Shown here: in pieces, positions 1-10,273 of the stretch | Layout: each line of letters begins with the position of its first letter | Position numbering within the stretch: the stretch's first letter is position 1 | NCBI GenBank assembly: GCA_963661325.1 | Contig: CAVLBP010000001.1 | Location: 113-64,112, forward strand | Direction: 5' to 3' | Source of the DNA: a bacterium | Lineage (GTDB): Bacteria > Bacillota > Clostridia > Lachnospirales > Lachnospiraceae | Length of the DNA stretch: 64,000 bases | Translations under genes and position numbers: made by a program | The notes under the pieces: generated by a model | What the model was told of the DNA's origin: nothing | Seen by the model: only the letters and a program-made list of their open reading frames with translations | Database searches by the model: none

Positions 1-345
1 GGTCGGATGCGTGATCCAACTGCCCTGCCATGCCTGCCCCATTTTTCCGGTCCAAAAAACATTTGAGGCTTTTGCCTTTTGCCCATAAAGGTTTTCTGCC
101 ACCACCTCAACTTCATAAAGGCTTTCCGGCTCTAAAGTTTTTCCGGTATAAGGAATACAGATAAAATCATCTTTAAACTTCTGCTGCCAGATGACCTCAT
201 CCCCCTGCCGTACCAGGATCTCTCCCCATTGGATCGCATCCTCTTTTTGGTCCGACCAGACTTTGATCCCAAAAACAGGTTTTTGACAGTCGGTAACGAT
301 ATGTTCTGTCTGATTTTCTATGCGTATTTCCTTGATCTCAAACAT
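1..345 (-). CDS. alpha-L-rhamnosidase (GH78), N-terminal part only; the gene runs off the window start
   Basis: My own minus-strand translation from the ATG at 345-343 gives MFEIKEIRIENQTEHIVTDCQKPVFGIKVWSDQKEDAIQWGEILVRQGDEVIWQQKF...YTGKTLEPESLYEVEVVAENLYGQKAKAS. This fits the usual GH78 N-terminal pattern. An RBS GGGAGAAAG lies upstream. It is absent from the ORF track because no stop falls within the window. Confidence 0.55.
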   Translation of the reverse strand, partial: MFEIKEIRIENQTEHIVTDCQKPVFGIKVWSDQKEDAIQWGEILVRQGDEVIWQQKFKDDFICIPYTGKTLEPESLYEVEVVAENLYGQKAKASNVFWTGKMGQAWQGSWITHPT

Positions 346-348
346 GTT

Positions 349-1668
349 CTATCTTTCTCCCAATTCTTTTTCCATCTGTTCCATGACCTCATTGGTCAAT
401 TCATATTTTGCAAAGACCGGCACAGCGATCGCGATCAGCACGATAGGGACCCAGGTCAACAGTACACGGAATCCAAAGATCGTCGCGTCGCTCTGCACCT
501 GATTCGGCTGATAACCGATCAGATCCAGCCCATACCCGGCGATGCCTCCACAGATCGCCGTTGCCAGTTTGTTTGCAAAAGAAGTCAGAGAAAACACAAT
601 TCCCTCCGAATGCATGCCAAATTTCCACTTGGAATAATCAACGGTATCTGCCGTTAAAGTCGTAAGTGCCACCGTAAAGAGTCCGCTTCCGATACCGGTC
701 AAAAAGGTTCCGACATATAAGATCAGCGTATTTCTGAAAGCAAAATAGTAGACCACAAATCCGACAAGCAGGGTAAGCAGTGCCGTCATCATCGTTGGCT
801 TCTTGCCCAATTTTTTCATGACATTTGGGGCTAGGATCATGACCGCAAATTGCATGACCATATTGATCGCCATGATAATGACATAAGGGCTTTCATCCTG
901 TAATACATAACGCAAGTAATATAAGAGGAAAGAAAGTGGTACATTGACCGCCGCAACGATCAAAATATTCATGATCAGCATACGGAGAAATGGCTTGTTT
1001 TTTACTACCAGTTCCTTATAATCGGAAAATCCGTAGTTATTCTTTTCTTCTTCCAAAGCACCTGTCACTTCATTATTGCGCAAGGCATTGACAAGCGCAC
1101 ACAGGATGCCGATCGTTCCAATGATGATCGCGACCATCCGGTAGGCACTGCCATCACCGCCAAATGCATTGATCGCAACAAGTCCGCCCATGGCAACAAT
1201 ACATACCGCAATAATATTAAATATAGAGTAAATGGAAATATATCTGGATCTTTCTTCTGTAGTGGAAGTGATCCGATAGGAGTATGCGACATAAGGAATG
1301 CCATAGGCGGTGTAGGACATACCAAATAAAATATAGAAAAAGTATGCCCAGACGATCTTCCCGGTTCCGCCAATATCCGGTGAGGTAAATAACATGATCA
1401 TCGCCAATGCCATGACAAAAGGCGAAAAGATCAGATAAGGTTTGTATTTTCCAAGTGGTGTCTTGGTCTTGTCCACCAAGACACCCATCATCGGATCATT
1501 GATGGCGTCCCAGATCCTTGCCACGATATACATGGTTCCGATGGCAGTTCCTGTGATGCCCAGATAGTCTGTCAGATAGATGGTCAAAAAGGAACTGACG
1601 AAAGCGTTGCCCGCTCCATAAGTAATTGCCCCAATACCATATGCTGCTTTTGAATTTTTCTTTTTCAT
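349..1668 (-). CDS. glycoside-pentoside-hexuronide (GPH/MFS) cation symporter
   Basis: A 12-TM profile with a MelB/YicJ-like N-terminus (AYGIGAITYGAGNAFVSSFLTIYLTD...DAINDPMMGVLVDKT). I moved the start to the ATG at 1668 (MKKKNSK), which is preceded by AAGGAGA at 1675-1680. Confidence 0.85.
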   Translation of the reverse strand: MKKKNSKAAYGIGAITYGAGNAFVSSFLTIYLTDYLGITGTAIGTMYIVARIWDAINDPMMGVLVDKTKTPLGKYKPYLIFSPFVMALAMIMLFTSPDIGGTGKIVWAYFFYILFGMSYTAYGIPYVAYSYRITSTTEERSRYISIYSIFNIIAVCIVAMGGLVAINAFGGDGSAYRMVAIIIGTIGILCALVNALRNNEVTGALEEEKNNYGFSDYKELVVKNKPFLRMLIMNILIVAAVNVPLSFLLYYLRYVLQDESPYVIIMAINMVMQFAVMILAPNVMKKLGKKPTMMTALLTLLVGFVVYYFAFRNTLILYVGTFLTGIGSGLFTVALTTLTADTVDYSKWKFGMHSEGIVFSLTSFANKLATAICGGIAGYGLDLIGYQPNQVQSDATIFGFRVLLTWVPIVLIAIAVPVFAKYELTNEVMEQMEKELGER

Positions 1669-1679
1669 TTTCTTCTCCT

Positions 1680-3999
1680 TTAAATATCCCATGTAAAATC
1701 TCTCTTACCGCCCATAAAGGTAAACTCTTTACCATCCGGCAGGCTGACACTGGTATAGATCCCCTCCGGTGTCTCTACGTGCAGTTGATAGGCAGTCTCG
1801 CCTTTTTCCCAGTGGGATCGGATCTTGCCCTGCACACTTTCATAACCTGCCTCTGCCCATGTCAGGCTGCCGCCCGGAAGCGGTGCGATCCGAATCTCTT
1901 GAAAGCCGGGCTTTGCCATCTGGATACCGGCACATCGTTCAAACAGCCATGCGATGCTTGCCCCCGGTGCATAATGGTTTAAAGAGTCTGTCGGTTTTCC
2001 GTTTTCATCTATTCCCAGCCAATTTTCCCATGTTGTCGTTGCCCCTTTCTTTACCTCATAGAGCCAGCCCGGGCACTTTTCATTTTCCAAAAGTCTGTAT
2101 GCCGTATCCAGATAGCCATGATCACTCAGGACAAAGAGGATCTGATAGGTTGTCAAAAATCCTGTACCGATCTTATAGTCATTAGCAATGACCATGTCGT
2201 TTAAGTGCTTTGCAATATTCTCGGCGGTCTTGTCATCCACAAGTCCCATGGCGATTGGTCGCACATAGCGGCACTGCCGCTTGCTGACAACAGATCCGTT
2301 TTTGATAAATTCCTTGTTGTAGGCATCTTTGACAAGTTCTGCCTTTTGCCTGTAATTTTTTTCATCCTCTGTTTTTCCCAACAAGTGCGCCATCTGGGCT
2401 ACTTCCTCTAAGGACTGATAGAGCCATGCCGTCGCCACTTCCGCATCCGGGGAAAAGATTGCCCGCATGCCATCCTTTACCATGACACTTCCCGGTTCCA
2501 GCCATTCCCCCCAGTGATAACCTGTGTCTAAGATGTATTTATAATGGGAGGACATTTTCAGAAAATGCGACCAATTCTTTTTTGCCGCTCTCTTAAAATC
2601 AAAATCCACAAAACGCTTTGCCGCATCATACACATAGGCGATTTCCTCCGTATCTCCATAAAACCGGTATAAGACCATTGGAATGTGGATCAGTGCATCC
2701 GACCATCCGGCACTGCTGTAAGGAACTCTTTGCGTATCAAATCCCTTGATCACCTGGAATGGCACTTCCGGACAGATATATGGCAACTGCCCTTCCTCCG
2801 TCTGCAAAGTCATGAAATCTCCCAGATACTTATGTAAGAACTTTTTGGTATCAGCGTAAAAATTGGCAGTCTCGCAGAATACATTGATATCTCCTGCCCA
2901 ACCGGCACGTTCCCTGGTCGGGCAATCCGTCGGGATATCCACGGTATTGGATTTCCAGCTCCACTTGGAATTTTTTACAAACTGATTGATGGCTTCATTG
3001 GAGCAGGAAAATGTGCCCCTTTCCTGCATATCGGAATACACGGCGATGGAAGAAAAATTCTCTGCCTTTACCTCCTCCGGCCAGTTCTCAACTTCCACAT
3101 AGCGATAACCGCTGATCAGAAACACAGACTTATAGGTCTGCTTTCCTTCCTTTAAGGTATAGCGCAGGGTCTGTTCCAAATTCCCCTGCCATGCCTTCCG
3201 ATCCTTCTGCCTGTAAGTTCTTGGTCGTAAAGTTGCCCTCTTCGTCCAGACATTCGCCCATATGCAGTTCCACCGTATGTCCGGCAGGTCCGATAACGGT
3301 AAACTCCACATGTCCGGCAAGATTTTGCCCAAAGTCAAGGACAGTCTTGCCATTTGGTGTATGAAGGACTTTGGCTGCAAAACGCTCATGCTCCAGCACG
3401 GCTTCTCCCTCTTGCGGAATGCATTTGCCTTCATATCCTCCAATTTGACAGGCATGCCATGCACTATCGTCGTAATCTGCCTCCATCCATCCGGTCAGTT
3501 CTTGTGTCATATCCACCACTTCATAAGTCTTAAGATCATTCTGTCCTAATGCCCCCTGCTGCGTTGCCTTCCATGTCTCATCCGTCTTTAATGTCATATG
3601 CTTTCCAGAAGCAAGATCGATATCCAGGCATGCTGCCAACTGCAAGCGATCACCGTAGTATGCCTTATCTCCCGTAATGCCCAGGCATCCCCGATACCAG
3701 CCATTGCCCAGTATAACGCAGATGGTATTCTTTCCCTTTTGTAAAAGCGGAGCAATATCAAAAGTCTGGTATTGCAGACGCACATGATAATTGGTAAATC
3801 CCGGCATCAGCAGAGCCTGACTGACACGCTGTCCATTCACATAGACCAGGTACACGCCCAGTGCTGTCATTTTTAGACTTGCCTGCTTAATCTCTTCCTC
3901 CACGACAAATGTCTTTCTAATGTAAGATGCCGGCATGACCTTTTCCTTGGAAAATCCCTCATCTTCCGGTACGATAAAACAAAATTCCTGCTCACTCAT
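1680..3999 (-). pseudogene. alpha-L-rhamnosidase (GH78) interrupted by a frameshift
   Basis: Two overlapping ORFs in different frames (3130-4035 and 1680-3464) together make one GH78. The first carries the N-terminal domain (ASYIRKTF...GVYLVYVNGQRV...GWYRG). The second carries the catalytic core (FLISGYRYVEVENW...DIPTDCPTRERAGWAGD...GYHWGEWLEP). The likely start is the ATG at 3999 (MSEQEF) after AAGGAGA. Confidence 0.8.
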
Positions 4000-4151
4000 A
4001 TCCCTGTCTCCTTTCATTTTGTAAAATACGTTCATTTTTATTTACAAAATGCATTTCCTTTGATAATCTGATGATATACCCTATATAGGCAAAGAAACAG
4101 TTTGCTAAGTACATTATTTCTTAACAATCGTACATATATAAAGGAGTCCTT

Positions 4152-5117
4152 ATGAATTACACCTCACTTCCGCTTATCACATTTGATGCAAGTTCCGACA
4201 TCAACTTTCTACTCGCTACCTATGCGCCCTTTGCCTCTGATTTTATGATCGAGGAAATCTCAAAAATGCTGCAAAGTGATTATGATATGCGGGGTACCAT
4301 CTCCATCCTTCCCAATATCGCAGCAAGTGCACATGCCATAACACGCCTGCTTTACTTACAGGCTTTTATGATATTTGATGCCGTGGACGGCTATTACACC
4401 AAACGAAAAGATCTCGACTCCTACGAATTACGCTATACCTTAGAGGGCGAGGGAACACTGGAATACGAAGGTAAAAAATATATCCTGCGCGCAGGGGACG
4501 GTTTCTTTATTTCCAGCAAAAGACCGCATACCTACTATGCATCTTCCTGTGGCTGGAAATGCAGTGTCCTGCATATCAATGGCAGTTTGTGCCAGGATTA
4601 TTTTTCGGTATTCGGTGCAGACGGTAATTATAAATTTTCCAAAGAAAGCATCCCCTCCTTTGAAACCATGCAATATCAGGTGATCAAGGCAACACAGCGG
4701 CTCTCTCCCTATCAGGAATACCGCATCCACTGCCTTTTGGATCTTTTGCTTTGTGAACTTGTGACCTACGAGCCTGACACAAGCATAAAAGAAAAGGACA
4801 GTAATGCTGCTGTCATTACTGCCCTTTTAGATCATATTCATTCTCATTTTTCTGAGGAGATCATATTTGAAAATATTGCCAAAGACCTTGGCGTATCGCG
4901 TACACTCCTCTTTCGCGATTTTAAACGTTACACCGGATCGACACCGGCACAATATCTGACCAACACACGCATCCGCCAGGCACAATTATTGCTCAAAGGA
5001 AGCGATATGTCCATCGAACAGATTGCCTATGCTGTCGGCTACAATGATGCCGCCCATTTTTCACAGGTCTTTAAAAAAGCACTCGGCATCACGCCGCTCA
5101 AATATCGCAAACGTTAA
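4152..5117 (+). CDS. AraC-family transcriptional regulator (cupin sensor plus HTH), divergent from the rhamnosidase genes
   Basis: The C-terminal AraC HTH reads IAKDLGVSRTLLFRDFKRYTGSTPAQYL...IAYAVGYNDAAHFSQVFKKALGITPLKYR. The RBS is AAGGAG. Confidence 0.85.
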   Translation: MNYTSLPLITFDASSDINFLLATYAPFASDFMIEEISKMLQSDYDMRGTISILPNIAASAHAITRLLYLQAFMIFDAVDGYYTKRKDLDSYELRYTLEGEGTLEYEGKKYILRAGDGFFISSKRPHTYYASSCGWKCSVLHINGSLCQDYFSVFGADGNYKFSKESIPSFETMQYQVIKATQRLSPYQEYRIHCLLDLLLCELVTYEPDTSIKEKDSNAAVITALLDHIHSHFSEEIIFENIAKDLGVSRTLLFRDFKRYTGSTPAQYLTNTRIRQAQLLLKGSDMSIEQIAYAVGYNDAAHFSQVFKKALGITPLKYRKR

Positions 5118-7777
5118 TATAAATATTTCTGCTCAAAATCCTCTACACTCAGCGGCTTGTCGAACAGATAGCCCTGTATCAGATCCACATTCATATCCTT
5201 TAAGGCATCACACTGGTTCTTGTCCTCGACACCCTCAACGCAGACATGCATATGCAGGGCATCTGCCAGTTGGGAAACTGATTTGACAAAGGCTTCGGAA
5301 AAGACATCCTCTCCCACATCCTCCACAAAGCACTTGTCGATCTTGATCACATCGATCGGCATGCTGCGGATGTGATTTAAGGAAGAATAGTCTGTACCAA
5401 AATCATCCAGAGCCACACGGATGCCCATCTTCTTGATCTGTCCTAAGATCTGCTGCATACGGCTCATATCGTTGATCGCAAGTCCTTCCGTGACTTCCAG
5501 TGTCAGATTTGACGGCTGAACCCCGGTCTCCTCCACGGCTTTGCGGATCCTGTCAATAATGTCATTCTGCAACAACTGGATCACAGACAGGTTGACATTG
5601 ACCTTGTATTCCGGATGTCCGAAATCATTCCAGTATTTACAGCGTTTGCAAGCCTCCACCAGAACATGATATCCGATCTCATTGATCAGCCCCAGATATT
5701 CCGCCAAAGCAATAAACTCCGATGGCATGACAAAACCAAGCGTCGGTGAATTCCAACGTACCAGCGCCTCTGCCCCGCAGCACGGGCGCTCCGGCTTGCT
5801 GATATCAATAAGGGGCTGATAATAGACCTCAAATTCCTTGCAGCCCTGCTCTACCGCCTCACGCATGCATTTTTCCATATCCAGGCGCTCGACCGAACTG
5901 GTGCACTGATTGTTGTTGTAATACTCGACACGGTTCTTTCCCTGACTCTTTGCCCAGTGCAGAGCAATATCGGCTCTCTGCAAAAGCAAGGACAGATCGA
6001 TCCCATCCTTCGGGATGCGCACAACGCCCATACTCATGGTACAGTAATATTCCGTCCCCTGTAAAAGCCATGGCCGGGAAAAAAGATTGCGGATATTGCG
6101 GATCATGGTCTCTCTCTGCTCCATATGGCGGTTGGTCACGATAACGGCAAACTCATCCCCACCCAGTCGGTAACAATGTCCTGCCACACCATCCATGTGT
6201 ACCAGCGCATCCGCTACATTCTGTAAGAGGAGATCGCCCACATGATGTCCCAGTCCGTCATTGATATGGTTAAAATCATCCAGATCGATATAAAGGATGG
6301 CACTCTCTCCACCACTGCGCACGGTCGCATGGATCTCCTTGGTCAGATCTTCCTCAAAACGCATACGGTTGTAAAGACCTGTCAGATAATCTTCATTTGC
6401 CTGATGCTCAATGCGTTCCTGATAGCGTTTGGTCTTGGAAATATCATAGATCGTTGCCAGACGCACCTCTTTGCCGTCCACCCAGCCAATTTTTGAAAAT
6501 GTGATCTCCAGCCACTTGTCACTGCCTGCCACCCGGTACTCATGAATGCCTTCCATGCCATCCGGTGAAATGGTCAGAACCTTTTCCAATTCGATCCGGT
6601 CTTCCTCGGTCATGTTCATCTCTTTAAAGGCATCATTGGCATAGAGGATCTGCCCTGTCTTTAGGTCATTGACGCTGATGCCACAACCGGCATTTTCCAG
6701 GATGGCATCCAATGCCGCATAAGAACTTGCCAGCGAATTTTTGGTGATACGTTTGACCAGGATAGTCTGTGTAATACGCTTGACATCATTTAAAAAGCGC
6801 AGGTCTTCCACACTCCATTTGCGGTCTTTCTCCATCATGGTAAAGCACAGATACATGCCGCACTTGCCATTGACATTCAAAGGTAGAAATACGCCACAGT
6901 GGATTCCATACCTGGTGAAATAGTCTAAAAACGGCTTTGGCATGACCGTCTCGGACGAGATCGTATATGGCCGTCCCGTCATAAAAGGAACCTCTGCCAG
7001 CGGCAGGCTGCCATAAGTCCGCATGTGTTCATGTGCCGGCTTATCCGCCCACTCACAGATCATTTCTACATGTTCTTCATCTGCCTGTAACTTCAAGAGA
7101 CATCCATTGGATAAATGCATGTAGGTTCCCACACGTTCCAGTATCTCTTCCATGATCTGCGCAAAGGTAACATCCGATTCCATCATCTTTAAGATCTCGG
7201 TCAGCACTTCTGTCTTTTGTAGGAGATACTCCATGTGCTTTTCGTTGGCTTCCAACTGGGCGATCTCCTCTGCCTGTGCTGCCAGATGGATCTTGCTGGA
7301 AAAATAATTTTTGATCAGCACGTCCAAAAGAGCCACTGCCGCATCAAATGCTTTTGTCGTAGTTTTGCGCATGACCTGTGGCACCTGGTCTGCCTCGGTT
7401 TCCAGTTCCTCATCAATGGCAAGCAGAACCCATGCTCCGTCAAACCTGCCATCTTCGTCACGAATGGCGATTCCCCGCAACAGCACACATGGCGTACCAG
7501 ACTCCATCGCGATCACATCTTCGCCCCCTACATCCGAAAAGCTGGCGATCAGATTGCGCTGCCTTGCCGCCGGAAAGACACGGTCGATAAAAACCTGTTC
7601 TTCCTTTGTACCGGAGAAAGATGTCAGACGGCGCATATTCCTGCTGACACACACGCAATAACACCCCTGCGTCTGGCAAAACTGATCCTGCATTGCCTGC
7701 ATCTGTTCCTGATCCAGACAATCCATGACATCCCCCTTTTGTAAGTCTTGATCCTGTCCCTCATTAATTGTATACAT
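5114..7777 (-). CDS. GAF/PAS-containing GGDEF-EAL protein (diguanylate cyclase/phosphodiesterase)
   Basis: It has an intact GGDEF motif (YRLGGDEFAVIV) preceded by YLTGLYNR. It also has EAL signatures (GAEALVRW, DDFGTDYSSL, IKIDKCF, EGVED). Confidence 0.9.
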   Translation of the reverse strand: MYTINEGQDQDLQKGDVMDCLDQEQMQAMQDQFCQTQGCYCVCVSRNMRRLTSFSGTKEEQVFIDRVFPAARQRNLIASFSDVGGEDVIAMESGTPCVLLRGIAIRDEDGRFDGAWVLLAIDEELETEADQVPQVMRKTTTKAFDAAVALLDVLIKNYFSSKIHLAAQAEEIAQLEANEKHMEYLLQKTEVLTEILKMMESDVTFAQIMEEILERVGTYMHLSNGCLLKLQADEEHVEMICEWADKPAHEHMRTYGSLPLAEVPFMTGRPYTISSETVMPKPFLDYFTRYGIHCGVFLPLNVNGKCGMYLCFTMMEKDRKWSVEDLRFLNDVKRITQTILVKRITKNSLASSYAALDAILENAGCGISVNDLKTGQILYANDAFKEMNMTEEDRIELEKVLTISPDGMEGIHEYRVAGSDKWLEITFSKIGWVDGKEVRLATIYDISKTKRYQERIEHQANEDYLTGLYNRMRFEEDLTKEIHATVRSGGESAILYIDLDDFNHINDGLGHHVGDLLLQNVADALVHMDGVAGHCYRLGGDEFAVIVTNRHMEQRETMIRNIRNLFSRPWLLQGTEYYCTMSMGVVRIPKDGIDLSLLLQRADIALHWAKSQGKNRVEYYNNNQCTSSVERLDMEKCMREAVEQGCKEFEVYYQPLIDISKPERPCCGAEALVRWNSPTLGFVMPSEFIALAEYLGLINEIGYHVLVEACKRCKYWNDFGHPEYKVNVNLSVIQLLQNDIIDRIRKAVEETGVQPSNLTLEVTEGLAINDMSRMQQILGQIKKMGIRVALDDFGTDYSSLNHIRSMPIDVIKIDKCFVEDVGEDVFSEAFVKSVSQLADALHMHVCVEGVEDKNQCDALKDMNVDLIQGYLFDKPLSVEDFEQKYLY

Positions 7778-7780
7778 ACC

Positions 7781-9280
7781 CTATCCTCTTTTTTTCAAAA
7801 TGTAGATCTGCTCCCGTCCACGCATAGGGATCTGGCGTACCAGTTGAAACTCCTCATGCAGACGTAATTGTTTTTTCAGGATCCCTTCCTCGGTCGAAAG
7901 GGCAAAGACCATCGCCTGGTCTGCCGTGATCTGGCTGGTCTTGTCAAAAAATCTACGATAAAAATGATCGACTTCTTCCCGCTCCTTATTCTCCATACGC
8001 GGAAATTCCGTGATCACTTCCTCCATCAGATAAGATGAAGTAAAATCAAAATAATCTCGATTGATAAAATAAATATTTTTTCTCGCAGCCTCGGCATCCT
8101 GTCTGCCATATAGGATGGCTTCCCCATAACTGTCAATACCATAAACATCGCGCGTTCTGCCTGCCTTCATACGCTCAATCAAAAGTGTACCAAGACCACA
8201 GAAAGGATCGATCACATGTGCTTCTTCCTGCAGATACGGATGAATCAATTCCACCATCTGTGCAGCCACGACCGGTGCCATAGAAGTCGGCAAAGCGTGC
8301 CCACGATAGGTAAAACGCCTGTCCTCCTGTTCTAAGACTCTGGCATAGACCACAAAAGTCCCATCTTTCTTGTGTCTCGGCAAAAGTTCGATGACAGCAT
8401 CCTTCGGACGATTGGTCAGTCTCCCCTGACTGCCCTCCTCTATGGCATAGGCAAGTTGTTTGGTCTTTTTACTGTCAGCCTCCTTTGGCATGCGAAGGGC
8501 AAAAGGATATTTGTCCTTTTTGCCGTAGACCTCCTCCAAAAAAGGCAAAAGTTCGGAAAGTACGATCGCCTGTGCCAGATTCGCTTCTGCCGCAAGGGTC
8601 TGGCTGCGAAAACGCATAACAAAAAGCATTTCCCGATAGATACGGATCCGGCTCAATTTATCCAGATTGTCTGTAAGCAGGCGAACACCCTTACCCACCA
8701 TCCTGGCATCCGTATATCCCAGATCCTGGACCTGTGCCAGCAGTGTCTCCTTCATATAAGGATCCGTTGTAAGGATCAGGGCGTGCTTCTTATGGATGCC
8801 CTGATACTGATAGTTTTCCTTCTGCTCATAAGTCTCCAGTAAAAAATCCATCTGTTCTGTCAAAAGACGCATATGTTTTTTGTCTTCTTCCCGGATTTCT
8901 CCTGCTCCCAGACGCTTTCTTTCTGCCCGCAGACTGTCTAAGATCTCTCCACAGTCATAAGCCGAAAGCCCCTTGATATAGGAAGCCAGAACAAACTTGG
9001 TATCTTCCTTTTCATATGCCGCCCAGAGTGCCTCTATGACCTGATCCGCCAAGTCCAGATCCTCTGCCCGGTCAGAAAGATCTCCCAGCAAGAGGGCTGC
9101 ATTCTTTCTGGTCTTTGCATCCGCATGGGAAAGCAATTCTCTTAGGCGTCCGATAAAGGCTGCATCCACATAAGATGCTGCCGCCTTTTTATCCTCTTTG
9201 ATCTGACTGCGCAGATTGCTTAAGTCTGCTCTTACATCTTCTCTTTGTATGATCTTTATCAATAATTCTTTGATTTCCAT
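7781..9280 (-). CDS. class I SAM-methyltransferase-like protein (UPF0020/RlmL-like fold) with a helical-repeat N-terminus; catalytic motif IV is degenerate
   Basis: Motif I is VIDPFCGLGTLLIE. At the place where this family normally has (N/D)PPY, the sequence reads VITEFPRMENKE (EFPR at 7997-8008). Confidence 0.6.
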   Translation of the reverse strand: MEIKELLIKIIQREDVRADLSNLRSQIKEDKKAAASYVDAAFIGRLRELLSHADAKTRKNAALLLGDLSDRAEDLDLADQVIEALWAAYEKEDTKFVLASYIKGLSAYDCGEILDSLRAERKRLGAGEIREEDKKHMRLLTEQMDFLLETYEQKENYQYQGIHKKHALILTTDPYMKETLLAQVQDLGYTDARMVGKGVRLLTDNLDKLSRIRIYREMLFVMRFRSQTLAAEANLAQAIVLSELLPFLEEVYGKKDKYPFALRMPKEADSKKTKQLAYAIEEGSQGRLTNRPKDAVIELLPRHKKDGTFVVYARVLEQEDRRFTYRGHALPTSMAPVVAAQMVELIHPYLQEEAHVIDPFCGLGTLLIERMKAGRTRDVYGIDSYGEAILYGRQDAEAARKNIYFINRDYFDFTSSYLMEEVITEFPRMENKEREEVDHFYRRFFDKTSQITADQAMVFALSTEEGILKKQLRLHEEFQLVRQIPMRGREQIYILKKRG

Positions 9281-9283
9281 GGT

Positions 9284-10273
9284 CTATCCTAAATTCTTTT
9301 CTTCTTTATCTGCCCGCTTGGCAGTGCGATATTTGCGCGGTGAGATCCCATAGGTCTTTTGAAAAAGCCGATGAAAATAAGAGACATTTTCATAACCTAC
9401 TGCCACAGCGATATCCGCTACGGTAAGCCCGGAAGTCTCCAGCAGATATGCCGCCTGACGCATGCGCTTTTGCTGCAATAATTCGGTGTAGGTCGCCCCG
9501 GTAAAGGAATGGATGGCACGGCTCAGCCAGTACACATCATAATGGAGCATCTGCGCCAGTTCGGACAATTCACCATCCTTGTAATGCTCCTCGATATAGC
9601 GATATACCGACATCAAAAGTTCCTGATTCTTATTATCTTTACCGACACTGACCAGGTCTGTATAATTCATCAGCTGCAGCAAAAGCAATCCCATGGTCGC
9701 CTGGTTGATGCTCCGCTTATTGGGCTGTTTGTTATGTATGGTCCAGATCAGATTTTCCATGAGGTTCTGGATTGGCAGGACTCCGGACACCTGAAAGTGT
9801 AAATAGGAGACATCCGCATCCTTACTCTTTAAACATTCCAGGACAAACTTTCGGATCAGGTTATCCTCTTCACCCATCATAGAAAGTGCATAGTCGAAAA
9901 ATGCCGGTAAAATGATAAAGTTGACGGCAATATCATCCTCGCCTGCCGGATAGATCTCCTGCGTGGCATTCTGATTTAAGAAAAGCAGTTCTCCGGTCTT
10001 TAGTTCGATCTGATCGCCATTGACGATATGGGTCGTCTGCCCGGAACACATATAAATGAGTTCCACATAATTATGCGTATGCGCCGGAAAATGCACAAAA
10101 CGGGTATGGGTACGGATCTCTATGGTCTTGCCGCTCTCGATCAGCCGCTTGTAATCGACCATATGGGTCTCCGGCTCCATATAGATACCGCGATCTACAT
10201 CTACCTGTCCCTTAAGATAGCCCTGCTCCTCATCACTGATCTGTCTTAATTCATTCAGCAGTTCCTGATTCAT
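9284..10273 (-). CDS. AraC-family transcriptional regulator (cupin plus HTH)
   Basis: A cupin-like segment reads HTHNYVELIYMCSG. The AraC HTH reads LAQMLHYDVYWLSRAIHSFTGATYTELL...IAVAVGYENVSYFHRLFQKTYGISPRKYR. Confidence 0.85.
   Translation of the reverse strand: MNQELLNELRQISDEEQGYLKGQVDVDRGIYMEPETHMVDYKRLIESGKTIEIRTHTRFVHFPAHTHNYVELIYMCSGQTTHIVNGDQIELKTGELLFLNQNATQEIYPAGEDDIAVNFIILPAFFDYALSMMGEEDNLIRKFVLECLKSKDADVSYLHFQVSGVLPIQNLMENLIWTIHNKQPNKRSINQATMGLLLLQLMNYTDLVSVGKDNKNQELLMSVYRYIEEHYKDGELSELAQMLHYDVYWLSRAIHSFTGATYTELLQQKRMRQAAYLLETSGLTVADIAVAVGYENVSYFHRLFQKTYGISPRKYRTAKRADKEEKNLG

Noticed and set aside
229-657. A 142-aa plus-strand ORF spanning the GH78/GPH junction.
   Set aside because: It overlaps two well-supported minus-strand genes, including the GH78 start I translated at 345. 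It has no RBS, and its composition is not protein-like.
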